DNA of 10,181 nt from a virus (taxonomy: Duplodnaviria; Heunggongvirae; Uroviricota; Caudoviricetes), in IMG/VR virus record IMGVR_UViG_2671180454_000008; one strand, 5' to 3'. Positions 7,048-10,181 of the stretch are shown piece after piece (positions within the stretch are counted from its first letter, which is position 1; each line of letters opens with the position of its first letter). A program made the position numbers and the translations under genes. A model generated the notes under the pieces. That model searched no databases and had not been told where the DNA came from. It saw only the letters and a program-made list of their open reading frames with translations.

Positions 7048-7272
7048 GTCAGAGTCTTTCAGTCTGCGATGATGGGAAATCCCGGAGTGACTGAAAGACG
7101 TTTAAGTTATGAATGATCGCCTTTTTTTGCAAAATTGCTGTGCAGAAATACTAACCTTCGGGCGTGCGATCATTCATAAGCACTCTGCTTTTATTCCGAT
7201 TAACTGTGGGTGGTTTGTTGGATAGAGTGTGAGGTGTACTGGCAATAGCGGACACTACCATTTGTTCTTTTT

Positions 7273-8091
7273 TTAAGCAGCCATCTGATGATATTTTTCC
7301 CTGAAGGCTGCCGGGGAGATATTCCCCAGACGAGAGTGACGACGCTGACGATTGTAGAAAATCTCAATGTATTCCCGTATTACTGAGATGGCTTCATCCC
7401 GGTTATTAAAACGATAGTGGCTCAGGCTCTCATTTTTCAGCGTTCCCCAGAAGCTTTCCATCGGAGCGTTGTCGTAACAGTTACCTTTACGCGACATTGA
7501 TGTTTTCAGACCAGACTGCTCCTGTATGACCCGGTAATCGTATGCGCAGTACTGTGAACCTCGATCAGAGTGGTGGATTAGCCCGGCAGGTGGGCGCTGG
7601 CTCCTGAGCGCCATAAACAGGGCTTTACCTGTCAGCTCTTTTGTCATGCGCTCTCCCATGGCGTAGCCGACAATTTCGCACGTATAAACATCTTTGATGC
7701 CAGCGAGGTACAACCATCCCTCCTGTGTGGCAACATACGTCAGGTCCGCCACCCAGACCTGATTTGGTGCTGTAGGAGCGAACGTCTGGTTCAGCAGATT
7801 TGGCGCAACTGGCAGATTGTGGTTCGAGTTCGTAGTCGCTCTGAACTTGCGTTTCTGCTTACAGCGTAGCCTTAGCTCCTTACGAAGACGTGCCAGTCGG
7901 TCACGACCAACGATGATGCCATTCTCTGCCAGCTCCGTCTGGAGCCGCCGGGTTCCATATGTTTCGCGAGTGCGGATATGTGCCACCTTAATCTCCAGTT
8001 TTAGCCGCTCATCACTTTGTTTTCTGTCTGAGGGTTCATGCTGTACCCAGTTGTAATAACCGCTCCTGGATACACCAAATACCTGACACAT
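7273..8091 (-). CDS. IS600 OrfB (integrase/transposase catalytic domain, DDE)
   Basis: 272 aa from the first Met; ...HSDRGSQYCAYDY...NAPMESFWGTLKNE...YNRQRRHSRLGNISP...; the reading frame extends upstream of the Met as expected for a frameshift fusion. Confidence 0.85.
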   Translation of the reverse strand: MCQVFGVSRSGYYNWVQHEPSDRKQSDERLKLEIKVAHIRTRETYGTRRLQTELAENGIIVGRDRLARLRKELRLRCKQKRKFRATTNSNHNLPVAPNLLNQTFAPTAPNQVWVADLTYVATQEGWLYLAGIKDVYTCEIVGYAMGERMTKELTGKALFMALRSQRPPAGLIHHSDRGSQYCAYDYRVIQEQSGLKTSMSRKGNCYDNAPMESFWGTLKNESLSHYRFNNRDEAISVIREYIEIFYNRQRRHSRLGNISPAAFREKYHQMAA

Positions 8092-8126
8092 CGCTTCAAT
8101 GGGAAATTGTTGTCGCCATTGTTCGA

Positions 8127-8367
8127 TTAACGCGTATTTTTCAGCGACTCCTGTGCAAAATACGCTGTTGCTTTTTTTAATATATCTCGCTCAAGGCGAG
8201 CTTCATTTAACGCCTTACGCAGTTGCAGAATTTCAGATTCCAGTTCAGCCACCGTGCGGGAACCAGGAGTACCGAGCCCTTTTCTGGCGGCGGTAACCCA
8301 TTGTCCTAAAGTGCCTTCAGGAAGAGATAATCGGGAAGCGCCTTCACTGATCGAAAGTTGATTTTCA
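8127..8367 (-). pseudogene. IS600 OrfA, N-terminally truncated (helix-turn-helix/leucine-zipper protein)
   Basis: ...ENQLSISEGASRLSLPEGTLGQWVTAARKGLGTPGSRTVAELESEILQLRKALNEARLERDILKKATAYFAQESLKNTR matches IS600 OrfA lacking its first ~19 residues; the start codon assigned in the six-frame track is spurious. Confidence 0.8.
8171..8180 (-). promoter_or_regulatory. Putative IS3-family -1 programmed frameshift site (A-rich slippery heptamer)
   Basis: The minus strand reads TTAAAAAAAG inside the orfA 3' region where the orfB frame opens; typical A AAA AAG-type motif. Confidence 0.4.
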
Positions 8368-8368
8368 N

Positions 8369-8533
8369 GCATTACTGAGCCACTTCGATAAACACGGTCA
8401 GGTTGAGTTCACGGAAAAGGTACCCGCCGATGCGATGGTATGTACTCTGGAACGGTTTAAATTTTATCTGGAGCAACACGGGTGGATCGTTGCCCGTAAA
8501 GAGCAACTGGTGGAGCGGTTGATGCGGTTTTAA
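8369..8533 (+). pseudogene. 3' fragment (last 54 codons) of the ORF6N-domain gene, fused to the truncated IS600
   Basis: Identical to 3508-3672; no start codon or N-terminal domain. Confidence 0.75.
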
Positions 8534-8608
8534 AAATTTTTTCCGAAAACTTTACGATCGTAAAAAGTTGAATATCCTGTTAAGAGTGGTTACTACGCCA
8601 CACAGCTT

Positions 8609-8634
8609 AAACCCGCCGATGAGCGGGTTTTTTT
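8609..8634 (+). terminator. Intrinsic terminator (copy of 3748-3773)
   Basis: Identical sequence. Confidence 0.5.
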
Positions 8635-8684
8635 ATACCTGAAAAACGGCACAGGACGTTAAACGTGCTGGTGGTCAGATGAGT

Positions 8685-8713
8685 TTGCAGATGTGATGAC
8701 ATATGGTTATTAT
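8685..8713 (+). promoter_or_regulatory. Candidate tRNA-array promoter (copy)
   Basis: Identical to 6699-6727. Confidence 0.4.
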
Positions 8714-8722
8714 TCTGCCTCC

Positions 8723-8799
8723 GGCCCTTTAGCTCAGTTGGTCAGAGCGAGCGACTCATAATCGCCAGGTCGCTGGTTCAAGTCCAGCAAGGGCCACCA
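8723..8799 (+). tRNA. tRNA CAU anticodon (Ile2/Met), duplicate copy
   Basis: Identical to 6737-6813. Confidence 0.85.
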
Positions 8800-8800
8800 A

Positions 8801-8877
8801 CCACCACTAGCTCATCCGGATAGAGCATCAACCTTCTAAGTTGACGGTGCGAGGTTCGAGTCCTCGGTGGTGGGCCA
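8801..8877 (+). tRNA. tRNA-Arg (UCU), duplicate copy
   Basis: Identical to 6815-6891. Confidence 0.75.
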
Positions 8878-8879
8878 GC

Positions 8880-8955
<76 letters not shown>

Positions 8956-8958
8956 TAT

Positions 8959-9033
<75 letters not shown>

Positions 9034-9647
9034 GCGAGATTTGAGACGAAGGTTGTTATTTGCACTGACACAATATTGTGTGGGAATGTCTGACTCCTTA
9101 CCATCTCCTGTTCTGTGATGTTGTTTTGTTGCAGTTCCAGTGCTCTTTTTTCAGCACCAGAATGGTGCATTGTCGGTCAGGTTACGTAGTGAACCTCTGG
9201 CAGGGGACTGATAATGCATCATTCTGGTGTTGTAAATATCTCTTCGGACAACTTACAAAATATTCTAAGCAAACCCCGGGAACACACTCTTAACTGCCTT
9301 GGCTGGCGGTTTTTTGTACAGCGCTCGGTATGTGTGAGCTGGAAATCAGATTTTGCATGGACTGGAATCATGCTGTTATTTAGGGGCGAAGAACTGGCTT
9401 TTTCTTCCGCCTTCTCACCAGTAACGATTAGAAAAATAATGAAATGCCCCCCTCCGGGGAGGAGGACCGTAGAAAAAAGGACCCGCCAGCAAAAACATTG
9501 GGGATGAACAGCTTTCGCTACTCAGATTGCTGGCGGGTAAAGTTCCTCATGAATTAAGAATGCTACGCGATCTTTTTTAATGGAAATGAAAATTATTGTC
9601 AATTAGTCGTGCGTGTTTTTTCATACAATATTGGTAAAGGTGATTCA

Positions 9648-9679
9648 GGCCATCAGAGTTTTGCTGATGGCCTTTTTTC
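9648..9679 (+). terminator. Intrinsic terminator-like hairpin 35 nt upstream of the holin start
   Basis: 9-bp stem GGCCATCAG / CTGATGGCC with loop agttttg, followed by TTTTTTCTTT. Confidence 0.5.
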
Positions 9680-9713
9680 TTTCCGATAGCACAGGTCTGT
9701 CGGGGGGCGGGAT

Positions 9714-9989
9714 ATGTATCAGATGGAAAAAATATCAACAGGCATTGCCTACGGCACCTCCGCCGGCAGTGCCGGCTACTGGTTTTTGCAGTGGTTGGAT
9801 CAGGTCAGTCCATCACAGTGGGCTGCGATTGGTGTGCTGGGAAGTCTGCTTCTGGGGCTTCTGACTTATCTGACGAATCTGTATTTCAAAATAAGAGAAG
9901 ATAAGCGTAAGTGGATTTGCCCCTATATTTCTCGCCATCATTACGCAAGGCTGTTGCAGTTGCTATTGGTGGCGGGGCTGTTGCTATAG
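9714..9989 (+). CDS. Class II holin of the phage 21 S / EssD type (pinholin) with dual start (M1/M4); the native C-terminus is replaced by a 26-aa read-through across the IS2 fragment
   Basis: [66 protein letters not shown] matches recalled S21/EssD; from 9912 the frame continues as WICPYISRH..., identical to the IS2-end read-through at the window start. Confidence 0.75.
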   Translation: MYQMEKISTGIAYGTSAGSAGYWFLQWLDQVSPSQWAAIGVLGSLLLGLLTYLTNLYFKIREDKRKWICPYISRHHYARLLQLLLVAGLLL

Positions 9990-10181
9990 CATCTGTGTTA
10001 ATCACTGGCCCAGGTGGTAACGATGGTCTGGAAGGTGTCAGCTACATACCATACAAAGATATCATTGGTGTATGGACTGTATGTCACGGACACACCGGAA
10101 AAGACATCATGCTCGGTAAAACGTATACCGAAGCAGAATGCAAAGCCCTCCTGAATAAAGACCTTGCCACTGTCGCCAGAC
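9911..10181 (+). CDS. SAR endolysin (phage 21 R / RrrD-like lysozyme), partial at the window end; native ATG lost, possible GTG start at 9911
   Basis: ...[83 protein letters not shown] matches recalled R21/RrrD, including the N-terminal signal-anchor-release helix and the EGVSY catalytic region. Confidence 0.75.
   Translation, partial: MDLPLYFSPSLRKAVAVAIGGGAVAIASVLITGPGGNDGLEGVSYIPYKDIIGVWTVCHGHTGKDIMLGKTYTEAECKALLNKDLATVAR
9912..9931 (-). mobile_element. Solo 20-bp IS2 IRR terminal fragment at the holin/endolysin junction
   Basis: TGGATTTGCCCCTATATTTC is the exact reverse complement of 112-131 (the IS2 terminus); the sequence diverges from IS2 immediately after. Confidence 0.7.

Larger units (their letters stand above)
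7230..8367 (-). mobile_element. IS600 (IS3 family), truncated by about 125 bp at its orfA-proximal end
   Basis: OrfA and OrfB products match recalled IS600; the left boundary TGAGGTGTACTGG... fits the IS3-family TG...CA termini; the element stops at 8367 next to an n, lacking the first ~19 OrfA codons and the terminal inverted repeat. Confidence 0.8.

Noticed and set aside
7817-8296. Plus-strand ORFs 7817-8056 and 8099-8296 inside IS600
   Set aside because: Antisense to IS600 orfB and orfA; Ser/Arg-rich, no RBS.
9078-9507. ORFs 9078-9293 (71 aa) and 9214-9507 (97 aa) in the tRNA-holin spacer; also checked for stxA/stxB
   Set aside because: No RBS, atypical composition, mutually overlapping; no similarity to Shiga toxin subunits as recalled. 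Treated as non-coding.

Overview
This window is the replication-distal, late-control and lysis region of a decayed lambdoid prophage (or a mosaic of two), cut up by three insertion sequences, in what looks like a draft assembly (a 21-N gap at 3993-4013 and a single n at 8368). Left to right: the right end of an IS2; a DnaB-type helicase, a small ORF, RusA and a Q21/QuuD-like antiterminator with a candidate PR'/tR'; an ORF6N-domain cargo gene with its own promoter, then a terminator and one tRNA; an N-gap and a complete IS1 (minus strand); a second nin-like block (70-aa ORF, DUF1367-like, YbcO-like, a second Q-like protein) followed by a terminator and a four-tRNA array (Ile2/Met-CAU, Arg-UCU, Thr-UGU, Gly-UCC); a 5'-truncated IS600 (minus strand); an exact chimeric duplicate (3' end of the ORF6N gene joined to the four-tRNA array); about 680 bp of structured non-coding DNA; a phage-21-type pinholin; a 20-bp IS2 end fragment sitting exactly at the holin/endolysin junction; and the start of a SAR endolysin. 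No stx genes, CRISPR array or rRNA are present. I found no clearly novel multi-gene system; the most interesting signals are the IS2 scar in the lysis cassette, the duplicated Q/tRNA modules, and the ORF6N-domain gene at the position stx occupies in Stx phages. All protein-family and IS assignments are from recalled sequence similarity, not database searches.
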